Source of the DNA: Eledone cirrhosa
Lineage: Eukaryota
Assembly (NCBI GenBank): GCA_964016885.1
Contig: OZ024740.1
Location: forward strand, 380,122,001-380,186,000
DNA: 64,000 nucleotides
Reading direction: 5' to 3'
The stretch's first letter is position 1, and each line of letters starts with the position of its first letter. The translations under genes and the position numbers were made by a program. The notes below the pieces were generated by a model. That model saw only the letters and a program-made list of their open reading frames with translations. It was not told the DNA's origin and ran no database searches. Shown piece after piece: positions 43,140-56,811 of the stretch.

Positions 43140-46100
43140 TTTAAAGTAGTGACTATGTCACTTACTTCTTTTCGGCGAACGAAGGCAGAGAAGCTAACAG
43201 TCTGTTTCATGCTGTTTGGCAATCATCAGACAGGACAGACAGGATAAAATAGCTATTGTGACATCCATGGATGAAGTGTGCAACAAAACTGGGCGATCTT
43301 CCAAAATAGAACACTGCCCAGAAAATCACGTCTGTCATCTATGTACAGAACCAGAGAACTCCTCCAGAAATCGATGGGTCGAATGTGGCAAATGTCGTGT
43401 TTCTTTTTGCCTTCAATGTGCTACAAACTTTCGAAAAATGCCGGGTCAGAAAAAGAGACACCATACTTATATGGGAAATGGTCCAGCTTCCAAATTGGTC
43501 CTTTCAATGCCTGGCTTGTATGTCTGCCTCTACCATTGCTGCTGAACAACAACAACAAAAACCGACGATCATGTTTTCCTCTACCATTGTTCCTGAGCAA
43601 CAGCAAAAACCCAAAACCAAAAAACCAACGACCATAGCTTCTGCTACTACCCTGTTGAAGGACTTCATCAACAACAGCAACCAATGTCTTCCTCCCCCGT
43701 TACTTTTTCAACAACAACAACCGACGACTGTGTCTTCCCCTACCATGCCTGCTGAAGAAGAAGTACAACAACAAAAATTGACCGTCAATACGGAGTCTGA
43801 GGAAATACGGCAAATGATTTCCGCTTTAAGCCGAGAAATTGCATGAATAAAATCAAGCGTTCGTGTAGAACCCCACAATGAGAGATCTTACCGAGGTGCC
43901 TTGTTAAAAAATCTCCGTGTACCTCTTGCCGAATCTAGACGCCTTGAGAATGCCACTGAATCTGTAAACCACGAAGTAATTGCCATTGGTATACCAGAAG
44001 ACATAGTTGATCTTCAGGTATTTTCTGCCAGTTTATCCAAAGACTTGGGTTGTGCTCCCCCGAAGAGTGCTCTACGCCTTGGCCGACCAGGTCCGAAACC
44101 CAGGCTAATTGGACTGTCTTTTTCGAACTCAACTGAGGCACGTTCATATCTTTTGGCCTCTGATAAAGCTAGGCGTGAAAGTCGGATTGCCTTCCGAACA
44201 CGCCCTGGTCTTCCTCCTGATGTCCGCCCAAAGCTGCGTGCTGCAGCTTCCTTAAACCGCAGTTCGGTAGAACATGAACGCTTCAGCATACGTGATGATG
44301 AGCAGATATGGAAGTTTATTAAGGTTGGTGAAACATGGAAAAGAGATACCAGCTGGTCTGAAAACACTGTACCCACAACAACTGACAATAAAAAACTGAA
44401 AAGACTCTGGGAAACTAAATCAGAACAACCTGCCATCCCCTGCACATATTCATAGACTGGAATCAAGGTAGAAATTGTTGTCCTTGAATGCACGTAGTCT
44501 ATGCAATAAGATTCATATTTTTGACTCCTACGTCAAAAGTATCAACTCTGACTTCATTATAGTCACGGAAACATGGGCACATTGCTTACTCTGTGATGGG
44601 GTTTTCAGCATAACTGGCTACACCTTGTTTCGTAAAGGCCGCATTAATCGTCGTGGTGGTGGTTTAATGGTCTATGTTCGGTCAAATTGTTCGGCAATTC
44701 CTTGTGTTGATTTGAACCAATCGCAGCAAGAAGTATTTTTGCTGCGATATACGTATGGCCATGTCAACACGGCTACTTGGAGTCGTTTACCGTCCCACAA
44801 ATTACCATCAGGACACTCAACTTTGTGATATCCTCAGAGTTGCTGCCAGGAAAACATCCACTTATGTTTTTATTGCAGGGGACTTAAATCACCCTGAGAT
44901 TGACTGGGTAACCTTTCGTTGGCCCCCAAGTGCAAATGACTTCCTTGAGCTAGTGCTGGACTCGAACTGGTCCCAAGTAGTCACCTCCCCAACAAGAAGT
45001 GACAACACTTTGGACCTACTCTTCACCAATATTCCTGAAACGGTTATTAGTGTTACTACTGAGGAACCTTTAGGTGACTCTGATCTGGCTACGATCATTG
45101 CCAATCTGGGCAGTAATAAAAACCACAACCGTCTCCAAACTGCTCACATTGACTGGAATAAAGCAGACTGGAATTGGTACTCCACCAAGTTGCAACATCC
45201 AAACTGGCTTGAGTTCTACGACCCTGGAAATGTCAACACTATACTCCAGAACATCCTGAGCTCAATATGGACAGCATGTGCAGCATCGGTGCCACGTAAG
45301 CAGAAAAAACATCCCAAAAGTGCAATTTGGGAGACTGCAGCAGTCCGACTTGCCAGAAAAGAACGTCGTAATGCTGAACATGAGTACAAACTGCATAAAT
45401 CAGATATCAATAGGAATAAGCGAAATAAATCATCCAACCATCTCAAACAGGTGACAAAAAAGGCAGTGCTTCAATTTGAACAGCGCATAGCAACCAGCCC
45501 TGACAGTAAGGTGTTCTGGAAGTATGTTCACTCAAAGCAGAGGCCTCACTCTCCAGTTGGTCCTCTTCGCAATTCCCACACAAGCCAGGTTACTGACGAC
45601 GCCAAAGAATGCGCAGAGCTCATTGCCGAATGCTATGCAGGCATTTTAACTATTGAAGACCAGAGTGTACCGTCTCCACCACCTCTGACATCCGATTCTA
45701 TTACAACTATGGAATTTACACCTGCAATACTGCGACGTCACCTTAAAAATAAACGCAACCATGCCTCTCCTCGTCTTGATTGTGTTACGTACCTGCTTCT
45801 CAAACGTGGTGGGTACTTCCTTCTGCACCAGTTATCACGCTTCTTCCAATTCTGTCTGAACAACGGTGCTACTCCAGAACAGTGGAAAACTGCCAGTGTC
45901 ATTCCTCTGTTCAAAAAGGGTGACCGCACATCACCTGTGAACTATATCGTCCAGTCAGTCTTACTAGCTGCATTGCCAAAATGATGGAATCCTGTGTCAG
46001 AGAAACGCTTTGGAACTTCTGGAACTGTCACAGTCTTATCCGGCCCTCGCAATTTGGATTTATCCTAACTCCAGCTGCTGTGATCAACTTATCAACTTTC

Positions 46101-47346
46101 TTGAAGACATCACCCGGATCACTGATGGCGACTCATGGGTGGATGTTGTTTACCTTGACTTTGCTAAAGCTTTCAATTCTGTGCTACACAAAAGACTTCT
46201 GGCAAAACTCTCCGCAATGGATGTGAAGGATGGTCTTTTTAATTCGTTGAAGTCCTTCATTCTCAGTTGAAGAGAGGTAGTCATGGTTCTAGGACAGCAT
46301 TCCTCACCATATGAGATGTCATCTGGTGTACCACAGGGGTCTGTTCTTGGCCCCCTTCTGTTTGTAGCATATATTAATGACATAGATACCAACTTAAAGA
46401 ATGCCACGGTACTGAACATCAAGCTGTACCTTGAGATAAAAAGGACGGATCCTGAACACTATAGATCTTGCCTGCAATCTGACCTGGACACAATGCAACA
46501 ATGGATCACAGACTGGTAACTCAAGCTAGCTGTGGACAAGTGTACCACCATGCATTTTGGGAGTAAAAACCCAGCGTCCACATGCTCTCTCCACAAAACT
46601 AATATCAAGAAGTCTTCTTATGAACGTGACCTGGGCATTACGGTCAGCAGCGATTTGACTTGGACGAAGCACGTCTCTAAAATTGTCAAGAAGGCCGAGG
46701 GTGTCTTAGCATCACTCAGTAAGACCTTTGTCAGCCGCTCTCCAGCTATCTATTTAAAGATGTATATAGCTATGGTGCGGCCACACTTAGAATTTGCATC
46801 ACCAGTTTGGAACCCCTATCTTGCTCAGGACATTAACCGCCTGGAAACTGTTCAGAGACGTGCAACCAAGCGAATACCCTCCATCAGGCATCTAACATAC
46901 TCTGAACGCCTTGCTTCCCTGGGCATGGATACATTGAAGCTCCGACGTTTGGCCACTGACTTGGTAAACACCCACAAAATTATCAACCCGGAGTACCTTT
47001 TTGATTTCTATGTGTCTAACAGACGTGGGCATGCCCACAAAATCAGAAAACAGCACAGCTCCCATGACTTTCGGAAAGATTTTTTCACGCTCAGAGTTGC
47101 TGAAGCATGGAAAAAACTACCTGCATCAGTTGTTAGCTGTCGAGACACTGCATCCTTTAAAACCTCTATGCTTCCTGAGATTCGCCAACACTACACCTAA
47201 TATTCCCCCTCCATACCCACGCACACATGTATATCATGACTCATACACTATTCACTTCTCTGACATTTGTATATTATTCTATGTACTATACATGCACCTT
47301 TGACGAGTTGTAGTGCACCTGAGCATTGTACACAATAATTTCCTTA

Positions 47347-47350
<4 letters not shown>
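43140..47350 (+). mobile_element. Near full-length CR1-like LINE, disrupted (ORF1 with PHD finger; ORF2 APE and RT)
   Basis: ORF1 region 43268-44455: CHLC...WVECGKCRVSFCLQC, then ALRLGRPGPKPRLI. ORF2 44470-47200: LNARSLCNK, VTETW, IAGDLNHPEIDW, VYLDFAKAFNSV, SGVPQGSVLGPLLFVAYIND, MVRPHLEFASPVWNP, LETVQRRATK. Several frameshifts and stops. Confidence 0.95.
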
Positions 47351-47438
<88 letters not shown>

Positions 47439-47569
47439 GCAAAAGTTCTATTTAAAATTGTTGGGATACAACAAGTAAATATTTTATAACTGATATAAAG
47501 CACTCGACAAGTTTTTGGAGTAGATATACGATATTAATAAATGGAAACTATATTTATAAAACCATATTT

Positions 47570-48036
47570 AAATAAAAAACGATTTAAATAATCACCTGTT
47601 CTGTTGCTGTTACCGACGGTTTCATCATTCCAAAAGATTGGAAATCCAGAGAATTTCCAATGGAAAGAAATGAATCTTCAGACAGCCTATTTCCACACTA
47701 TAAGGTTGCAAGCCTTAGAGTAAGTAAATATTTCGCTTCCTGCCCAACGCATGCGGTCAAGCCGTTAAAATGACACACACGCAAAATCAGGTCGCTGATA
47801 ATAGCTGTGTATTATAAACATGTTGATATTGCCACTAAAATTAGCAACATTATTCAATCTTTTGTTCTCTACATAAGGAGAAAAATTATAAAAGTGGATG
47901 AATACCTCAACAGGTACTATGTACTTGTAGAAATATGCAAGTTGTTTATAATATTTGTGGTTCAATGGTACTATGGAATGATGAAACCGTCGGTAACAGC
48001 AACAGAACAGATGATTATTTAAATCGTTTTTTAATT
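47570..48036. mobile_element. Inverted-repeat element (arms about 47570-47632 and 47974-48036) with a hammerhead
   Basis: TTACCGACGGTTTCATCATTCCA / TGGAATGATGAAACCGTCGGTAA. Fused on the left to a fragment of the 48505 family (47440-47569). Confidence 0.85.
47606..47686 (-). ncRNA. Type I hammerhead ribozyme
   Basis: gctgt CTGAAGA t tcatttc..attggaaat tctctgg atttccaat..ggaatga t GAAA CCGTCGG TA acagc; stem I gctgt/acagc. Confidence 0.88.
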
Positions 48037-48472
48037 TATTTAGAGAATTGTTTGATAACCGCTTGCTCCGCTACTTTATATATATAGTTATATATATATA
48101 TGAGAGTATTAAAGTTTTCTTGAAGCATTGTGGAACAATAAGTAAATATTTATAAGTCGTTTGAAAGCCTCGACAATGCAAATGGGTAAATCTCCGGGTA
48201 ACAAGGTCCGGTGGTGGAGAGAGAGATATGTAAGTGGGTGTACGTTGAGATGCGTGGTGTGTATAAGATGTGTGAGATGTGTAGAATGAAGGGAAGAGTA
48301 AAAGAATAAAAATAATAACAACAACACAAGAGAGAGAGAGAGTTACCTTGGGAGAGATTTAATAGTCCCTATATATTTCGGATTCACATCCATCAACTGG
48401 GGTTTTTTCCGGGGTGGGGGAAAAGGTTGTCTGTCGGACAACTCGGAACGCGTCTTTCGCTGTTTGTTGATT

Positions 48473-48968
<496 letters not shown>

Positions 48969-49250
48969 TACATATATGTATATATATACATATGCATATA
49001 CAATGAGGTTATGACAAAATCGAAGCGAACCAGAATTGAGTATTGATCGAATAGAAGATTTCATTAGCACTGAGCGACCGCTACTACTCATTATCCTGAG
49101 TCCATCGTGGCAGATTAGAAGTCATAACTCGACTAAGGTGTGCTGACCAAAGTAACTATTGTATGTCTCTGTTAATCGACAAATACGAATGTAGTGAACT
49201 GCTGTCTACAAGGCGTCACAATTTGATAGCATCTGTTCATGCTTTATTAC

Positions 49251-49439
49251 AGTGGTGAATTGGCAGTATCGGTACAGGGTCAGACGCCATGCTTTCTAGC
49301 ATAGTTATGTCCCTTTATGATCTGAGTTCAAATCCCGCCGAGGTTAACTTTGCCTTTCATCCTTACGGGGTCGATAAAATAAAGTACCAGTAATGTACTG
49401 GATAATTGCTGGCCTTGTGCCAAAAAGTAGAAACAATTA
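49251..49439 (+). mobile_element. Full-length SINE
   Basis: Same consensus as 39164. Confidence 0.9.
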
Positions 49440-50037
49440 CTTGTCTATCATCTTGATTTCTATCTTATGTTTAAGCTTCCATAAGCCCAATATATTGATA
49501 TATTTTTAAAAAAAGGAATAAGTACTATATTGTTCACTGCTTCTAAACACCTTATACATACATACATACATACAAGTATAACTGAACTTGGATTTGTGGA
49601 CAAAGAGCTCAGCTCTCTCTAATGTACAAATGACTGCGATAACTGGCGCCTTCAAAATTTGCAAAACATTCTTGCGATTCAAGGGATGACAATTTCTTTT
49701 CTTTTACAACCAGGAAGGTGGTAGGTCAAAAATGTACTCAAAATTAAGAGAAAGAGAAAAATACATACATACATACATACATACATACATACATACATAC
49801 ATACATACATACATACATACATACATACATACATACAAGCTGGGCTTCACAGGAACAGAAAGAACACAACTAGTTAGGAAATTACAAGTACAATCCAGTA
49901 CAATGGAACATTAAAAATATGTAAAACATTCCAAAAAGTTTGCATCTACTAAGCATATACACATGCGCACATACAACTCAAAACATATACATCCACACAT
50001 ACAATAACATCCATATCTACACATGCATGCATACATA

Positions 50038-50530
50038 CATATCTACCTAGTTGATGTTGTGTAAATTCCAATGAGAGAGTCTTGTGTCTATGTTAGAAAC
50101 CGACTCTCCCTCTATTGGCAAACATTTGTGAAATTATAAAACCAGAAGAACATACATACATACATACATACATATGAAAGAGTCTTGTATCTATGTTAGA
50201 AACCGACTCTCTCTATTGGTAAAGATTTATAAAATTATAAAACCAGAAGAACATACATGCATACATACATACATGCAATAACTGCATGTACACATGTACA
50301 GATAGAAAACATATGCACATGCACATATATAACACAAAATATACATATTCACACATACAATAATATTAATAGCTGCACACACACACATGCATGCAGACAT
50401 ACAGACATATCTACCTAGTTGATGTTGTGTAAATTCCAATCAAAGAGTCTTGTGTCTATGTTAGAAACCGACTCACTCTCTCTGTTGGTAAAGATTAATA
50501 AAATTACAAAACCAGAAGAACATACATACA
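50038..50530. repeat. Direct repeats (period 368, plus a partial copy at about 50176-50260) embedded in (CATA)n
   Basis: CATATCTACCTAGTTGATGTTGTGTAAATTCCAAT at 50038 and 50406; GAGTCTTGT.TCTATGTTAGAAACCGACTC occurs three times. Confidence 0.85.
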
Positions 50531-51013
50531 TACAGACATACATGCATACATGATGGCTGCAAACTCTGCTAAGAGTATTGCAATCGCTTGTCAGATTATA
50601 GAGTTTGGTGCACTTTTAGGCTATGGCAAGACACACTAACCTGTAACATATCCTGAACAAGCAATGCCTGTGCTTTGAAGGTTTTTCAAGTGGGGAAAAG
50701 CCTTGCACTCGACTAATCCCACTCTCTGAGCATCGAAAACACTACTCGAAAAAGAGAACTGGTCAACATCATCGGAAGCTTCCAAAGCTGCAGGGTTTTT
50801 TTTCAGAATTTCCCTCTTATAAAAAGGTGTTGTAACAACACCAGGTGGCCTTTCACTCCCAGGTGGGAAAAAAAGTACTATTTGGATGGCCGTTGACTCT
50901 GCTGAGTTCCTCCGCCCTTTGCCGGGTCTTGTATTTCATCCTGCAGGGTGTCCAAATATCACCCTCTTCACCAAGCAAGCTTGGTGGGGTTGCCAATATC
51001 ATTTCGTTCAGAA

Positions 51014-51079
<66 letters not shown>

Positions 51080-51165
51080 TCACCAGTGCAAAATCGTGAC
51101 CGACTCACCTTCTGAACGAAACGATGTTGGTGAGTGCTGATGACTTGCTGGAGATACTCATTTGC

Positions 51166-51211
<46 letters not shown>

Positions 51212-51245
51212 CATATGTCCATTTCCAGCCGATATTTACTGTTTG

Positions 51246-51297
<52 letters not shown>

Positions 51298-51301
<4 letters not shown>

Positions 51302-52086
51302 CTTGCTAGATTTGATTATGTATATGGTTAATTATGCTGATTAGAAGAAGAAATAGTATATATTTTAATATCTGATTGATTCTATAGACATGATTTATGA
51401 TATAATGCTCTGATTTTTTGATTTTAATTTATTAATTCTTCATTGAGCTTAAAAGTGAACAGTTGCAACACATATATGTATCCTTGATTTAATTTAATTT
51501 AATTTTATGTATGTGATAACCTCTATATTTAATAATCTCCCTATCGGTTGAGATTAAATTTGGCGATATATGGCTGCGCTTTCTAGCAGCATGCCTACCC
51601 GCCGTAAGCAACCAATCACACGCTTTCTCTCTGGCTGGTACACAGCTACATAGCGATCTTAGCCATTTTTGAATCTAAATTTGGCGCGGTCGGTCTGAGA
51701 AATTAAATGTCTATTTCTGAGTTTGTCTCCTGATGATTCCTGACTCAAGGCAAGTCCATATTATTTGGATGTCCTAAACAAGGAAGAAACCATGGTAGAG
51801 ATATAATTACGGTATGTGCGCATTTCTTCTAAGTTTAATTTTACTACTAATTACGTGCGGTTGACGATATATTTGATCGGATTCTGCATGCTGCCGAAGT
51901 GTTTGATAAATAATGGAACGGAGTTACCGCGAACTAGCTGCGATCAATTATTTGTCGGAGATTTCTCCGTTAGAAAATTTACTCTTAAAGCTTGCTAGAT
52001 TTGATTATGTATATGGTTAATTATGCTGATTAGAAGAAGAAATATTATATATTTAAATATCATATTGATTCTATAGACATGATTTA

Positions 52087-52092
<6 letters not shown>
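51298..52092 (+). mobile_element. 690-bp unit with about 105-bp terminal direct repeats, in (TA)n, containing a hammerhead
   Basis: AAAGCTTGCTAGATTTGATTATG at 51298 and 51988. Confidence 0.88.
51724..51803 (+). ncRNA. Type I hammerhead ribozyme
   Basis: tgtctc CTGATGA ttcct...aggaa GAAA CCATGG TA gagata; all three stems pair. Confidence 0.92.
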
Positions 52093-52162
<70 letters not shown>

Positions 52163-52350
52163 TATATATTTATATATATATATATATGTATATATATATG
52201 AAGACCGAGAGAGAGTGGGGGAGTGAGCGAGAGAGAGTTTGATGTGCAGAGAGTGAGAAGACCTCAAATAATGTGAGTACTTGATACATGAGGAGATATA
52301 GAGTGGGTATAGAGATATATAAATAAAATCCCGACCGCGGCGCCAGGCGG

Positions 52351-52425
<75 letters not shown>

Positions 52426-52433
52426 CTATCTCT

Positions 52434-52475
<42 letters not shown>

Positions 52476-52479
<4 letters not shown>

Positions 52480-53024
52480 AGAAATAAGATTTTGCTTCAA
52501 GCATAGCTTTATACAATATGTATAGAAATTTCGTATTTCGAAAGAAATACGGTTTTAGGAAGCCGTAGCTATGCAAACACGGGGGGGGGGGGGGGCTAAC
52601 ACACTCTGGTGATGTCCAGCAGAAGCAAGGGGGACAACCGTCTATGCATTTCAGGCTTAACTGGCCTTCGTCAGGACGATCCCTCCCACCGCTTGCGACT
52701 ATATTGTATAAAGCTATGCCTGAAGCGAAATCTTATTTCTTTTCTATTATAAGTTGAGCCAACTTATGCAGCTTAATATGCAAATGAAATTAATCACCTC
52801 ATTTACATAGACGAGAAAACTATATATTCTCGGCTGTCTTCTAGTCCATCAGTCGCAAGCGGTGGAAGGGATCGTCCAGACGAAGGCCAGGTAAGCCTGA
52901 AATGTATAGACGGATGTCCCCCTTGCTTCTGCTGGACATCACCAGGGGGCTGACGCCCCCTGGTGTTTACATAGCTACGGCTTCCTAAAACGGTATTTCT
53001 TTCGAAATACGAAATGTTTATACA
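52476..53024. mobile_element. Hammerhead element: partial forward copy plus an inverted, circularly permuted monomer of about 322 bp
   Basis: Segment order A-B then A'-C'-B'; (TA)n on both sides. Confidence 0.88.
52637..52680 (-). ncRNA. Minimal type I hammerhead ribozyme
   Basis: atcgtc CTGACGA aggc cagttaa gcct GAAA TGCA TA gacggt. The mirror copy at 52871-52913 (+) has core mutations (CAGACGA, TGTA). Confidence 0.92.
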
Positions 53025-53050
53025 TATATATATACATATATATATATATA

Positions 53051-54021
53051 TGAGAGACGTAAAATAAGAAAATTGTAAAATTAACTTACTTACTAAAATT
53101 TCACTCCCAACTAATTAGTTTCTGAAAGGGAATAAACATACTTTCCGAAGAAGCGTACGGAGAAGCCTTTCGTCATCAGGGAAGTCTATCCTCAGCTAAG
53201 TTTCCAGGCAATACGTGGACACAGGGAACTTATACAAAAATAATTCAGTGGATGGAAAAAAGCAAAGCGTGGACTAAATTCCTAGCCATTGAGAAAATCA
53301 CTGCCTACTGCGTCGGTGGCAAATTCAAAAGAATCAATCACGTGACATCGAAGTCAATCAGTGGAGAGTGGTTTGTTAAGAAGACAGCAGTCGGACTGTT
53401 ACTATAGCAGCAGTTTTTGCCAATTTTTGCTCGACAAATAATTTGGAGATAATTATAAAGAATTAGTATATCTAGTAACATATATATACACAGATGCATA
53501 CTTATGCTAGCAAATATATAGGTTTTGTCTTAGTAACTTTGTGGTTCAATGCATGGGGTTGCAGAACAATAATATGAGAGACGTAAAATAAGAAAATTAT
53601 AAAATTAACTTACTTACTAAAATTTCACTCCCAACTAATTAGTTTCTGAAAGGGAATAAACATACTTTCCGAAGAAGCGTACAGAGAAGCCTTTCGTCAT
53701 CAGGGAAGTCTATTCTCAGCTAAGTTTCCAGGCAATACATGGACACAGGGAACTTATACAAAAATAATTCAGTGGATGGAAAAAAGCAAAGCGTGGACTA
53801 AATTCCTAGCCATTGAGAAAATCACTGCCTACTGCGTCGGTGGCAAATTCAAAAGAATCAATCACGTGACATCGAGGTCAATCAGTGGAGAGTGGTTTGT
53901 TAAGAAGACAGCAGTCGGACTGTTACTATAGCAGCAGTTTTTGCCAATTTTTGCTCGACAAATAATTTGGAGATAATTATAAAGAATTAGTATATCTAGT
54001 AACATATATATACACAGATGC
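53051..54021 (-). mobile_element. About 1.85 tandem 524-bp units, each with a hammerhead (53103-53185 and 53627-53709)
   Basis: TGAGAGACGT at 53051 and 53575. Minus strand: acttcc CTGATGA c gaaagg...cctttc a GAAA CTAATTAG TT gggagt. Confidence 0.9.
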
Positions 54022-54818
54022 GTTTATATATATATATATAAAGGTGGTGATTTGGATAGTATATTGAATGAGAAAGAAAAAGAGGGAGAGATAGAAATGG
54101 GACAATTAAGAAATAGAAACGTTAATATTGATTTATCGCGTAGAGACCGATGTAGTCAATTGAATTATTTTCAGTGTGCTACTTATAAATATTTTATTGA
54201 CTACAAATAGATGAAAGGCAGAAATGAACTTAGTGGCATTAAACTGAGAACCTAAAGAGACAAAACTAATTATTATAAAGCATTTTTTTTTTACCGCTTC
54301 CATAACTTTAGTTGTATTTCTACTGATACAGTAGAATATGTTTCTTCTTGTGGAGGAAACCCACAATATTTTTGTAATGATTTATGCTACACTGCGGCAT
54401 GTATTGTGGCGTTGTTAATTAGTTGCCTCATGTCAATTACGATTGTTTTGACATACGTTCAAAAGTGTTTCTCTCTTGAACATCCTGTCTTTCATTGTGG
54501 GTTGGTGCTTATTATCTAAATCATCTTTTCCTTTCCAAAGATATAATACTGTGGTGAGATATGATGAAAGGCAGTCAATATTTAAAAATTCCAGCTTTTT
54601 TAATATCTACGAATAATGTTCTTTAATGCATACTTCCTATTTAAACAAAAAGACGTTCCAGTTTGGTTTGAGGAGGGATCTGTCCGCTATTTATAGCAGA
54701 TCGGCTGACTTCATAAAGGCGCCCTCGTTTGCTTTTTTTGAGAAATGTACGGTCACACAACTTTATATCCTATTTTCTTTTGATCATCAAGTTTGTAATT
54801 ACGTAAGATACACACATA

Positions 54819-54881
<63 letters not shown>

Positions 54882-54962
54882 CCTATTACCCACCCCACTA
54901 CCCTAAGTATTGAGTACTTTGGTGCGTTATGGTCCATCTGGTTCCTTACCACATTTTCTTCG

Positions 54963-55019
<57 letters not shown>

Positions 55020-55020
<1 letters not shown>

Positions 55021-55572
55021 TAGCCGAATTACCCGCGCCTGTGATATAATTTATGGACAAAAACTCTGCATTTCAATATTACTCAATGTAAAATGTAATG
55101 CATGAAAAATTGGAAAACATTATTTTTTGTAATATATCAAATCAAAATTACATTATTAAATCTTATTCTTATTTTGTTTCTTGTAAATAATTTTTTTCAA
55201 AATATCAATTCAAAACTTTTGTGAATAGGCATCATATTCTGTCATTTACCTATGGTTTAAATTTCATATAAATCGAAGGGAAAAGATTTTCAGCGGGAGT
55301 TTGATTAAAATGAAATATACTTATTCAAGTACCCTGCGCAATGTAGTTTCAGATTATTTATGGTTATGGGGTTTATCTCCAATACCATAGGAGAGTTCGT
55401 TCACAAATAAATGTACGGTAAATCCATACGTACATATATATATGTGTGCATGTATGTATATATATATACATACTACTGTACGTATGTATACATATATGTA
55501 TGTACGTATACATACTTATATTTAAGTAACAGCCGTACTATGAGAGAAATGAAATTTCGTTTCATTTTTTCC

Positions 55573-55590
<18 letters not shown>
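55020..55590 (-). mobile_element. Probable non-autonomous Helitron
   Basis: Left end A-CTAG-CCGAATTACCCGCG is a minus-strand 3' CTAG|T with part of a GC hairpin. Right end TTTATATATATA resembles the reverse of the TCTATATATATAAA start at 961. Confidence 0.5.
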
Positions 55591-55607
<17 letters not shown>

Positions 55608-55666
55608 TAAATAATCGAGAATCAGAATTTCGACCCACGAAATAACGATAAACAAACTTCATATAT

Positions 55667-56052
55667 ATAAATTAATAAAAATAATGAATAAAAACAAAGA
55701 AACAGTTCCTTATATTAAAAAATTCATCATTTTACGATCGTTTCTAGGATATATATGTGTGTGTTGGTATGTATATCATATAGATCTATGTAAAATTTTT
55801 ACAAACTATCAGAGGGAATATACATACCTACACATATATATGCTGTCTTCAGAAATAAATTTATTTCTGAAGACAGCATATATATGTGTAAGTATGTATA
55901 TTCCCTCTGATAGTTTGTAAAATTTTTACATAGATCTATATGATATACATACCAACACACACATATATATCCTAGAAACGATCGTAAAATGATGAATTTT
56001 TTAATATAAGGAACTGTTTCTTTGTTTTTATTCATTATTTTTATTAATTTAT
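55667..56052. mobile_element. Near-perfect loopless palindrome (about 193-bp arms, axis 55859/55860) with mirror hammerheads at 55727-55858 (-) and 55861-55992 (+)
   Basis: ttattt CTGAAGA ...long stem II (atatatatgtgt..gtatgtatat / atatacatac..acacatatatat)... GAAA CGATCG TA aaatga. Explains the twin 78-aa ORFs on opposite strands. Confidence 0.88.
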
Positions 56053-56509
56053 CTTGACTCTGTTTTCCTGTTTTTCATCGAAAAGATTTTGAATATATCT
56101 TCTCTTTTCATGATATTTGGATTACATTGAGTTCTTCATACGGATTGGACACTACCGTATATTTTGGTACATTTATCTACATATATATATATATACACAC
56201 ACTGGTAATAACTTGGTAGAAATATCCAAGCTAGGGAGCATCTCGAGTCCGTAGGACGAGTTTTAATATATAGCTAATTATAAAGGCCAGTTACTATATT
56301 TTCGGATTCAGTTCTATCGGAACAGGTTGAAAACGTTGGCCCTCAAAGGCAACAAAACGTACTTGCCGGTATGGCACTGTTGTGGTAACTGGCCTTAAAA
56401 ACCCCATGGTCAAGAATGATCATGGGTTTTTGCACCTAGAATGTTCCCCTTCGAGGCAATATATATATATATATGCGAGAAAAACTACAAACCCTCCAGC
56501 TCAATTCTA

Positions 56510-56545
56510 CTTTTGAAAAGCATAAGTACTGTGAAACCGGTAAAG
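56510..56545 (+). ncRNA. Minimal hammerhead-like motif with a U3-A8 core variant
   Basis: ctt TTGAAAA gca taagtac tgt GAAA CCGG TA aag, in a 125-bp island between (TA)n tracts. Confidence 0.55.
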
Positions 56546-56596
56546 GAAACAAATAAATATTCTTAAAAAGACTCCAGTTGCATTTTCGATTTTTTT

Positions 56597-56670
<74 letters not shown>

Positions 56671-56775
56671 CAGATTAAAGTTTAAGCAAAGAATCGCTGC
56701 TTTCACCCTTAACGGGATCTTATATATTTTCCTTATATAGCCCTCTTTGGATTTAGTCTTCAAATTTATTATTAT

Positions 56776-56811
<36 letters not shown>

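Noticed and set aside
48365-48405. Minus-strand ggat gtga atcc GAAA TATA TA ggg
   Set aside because: Hammerhead-like 3' half, but the CUGANGA box is not recognisable.
54130-54800. Possible third PLE endonuclease remnant on the minus strand
   Set aside because: Too degenerate to support by eye.
55684-56035. Two near-identical 78-aa ORFs on opposite strands
   Set aside because: A consequence of the DNA palindrome; no coding signature.
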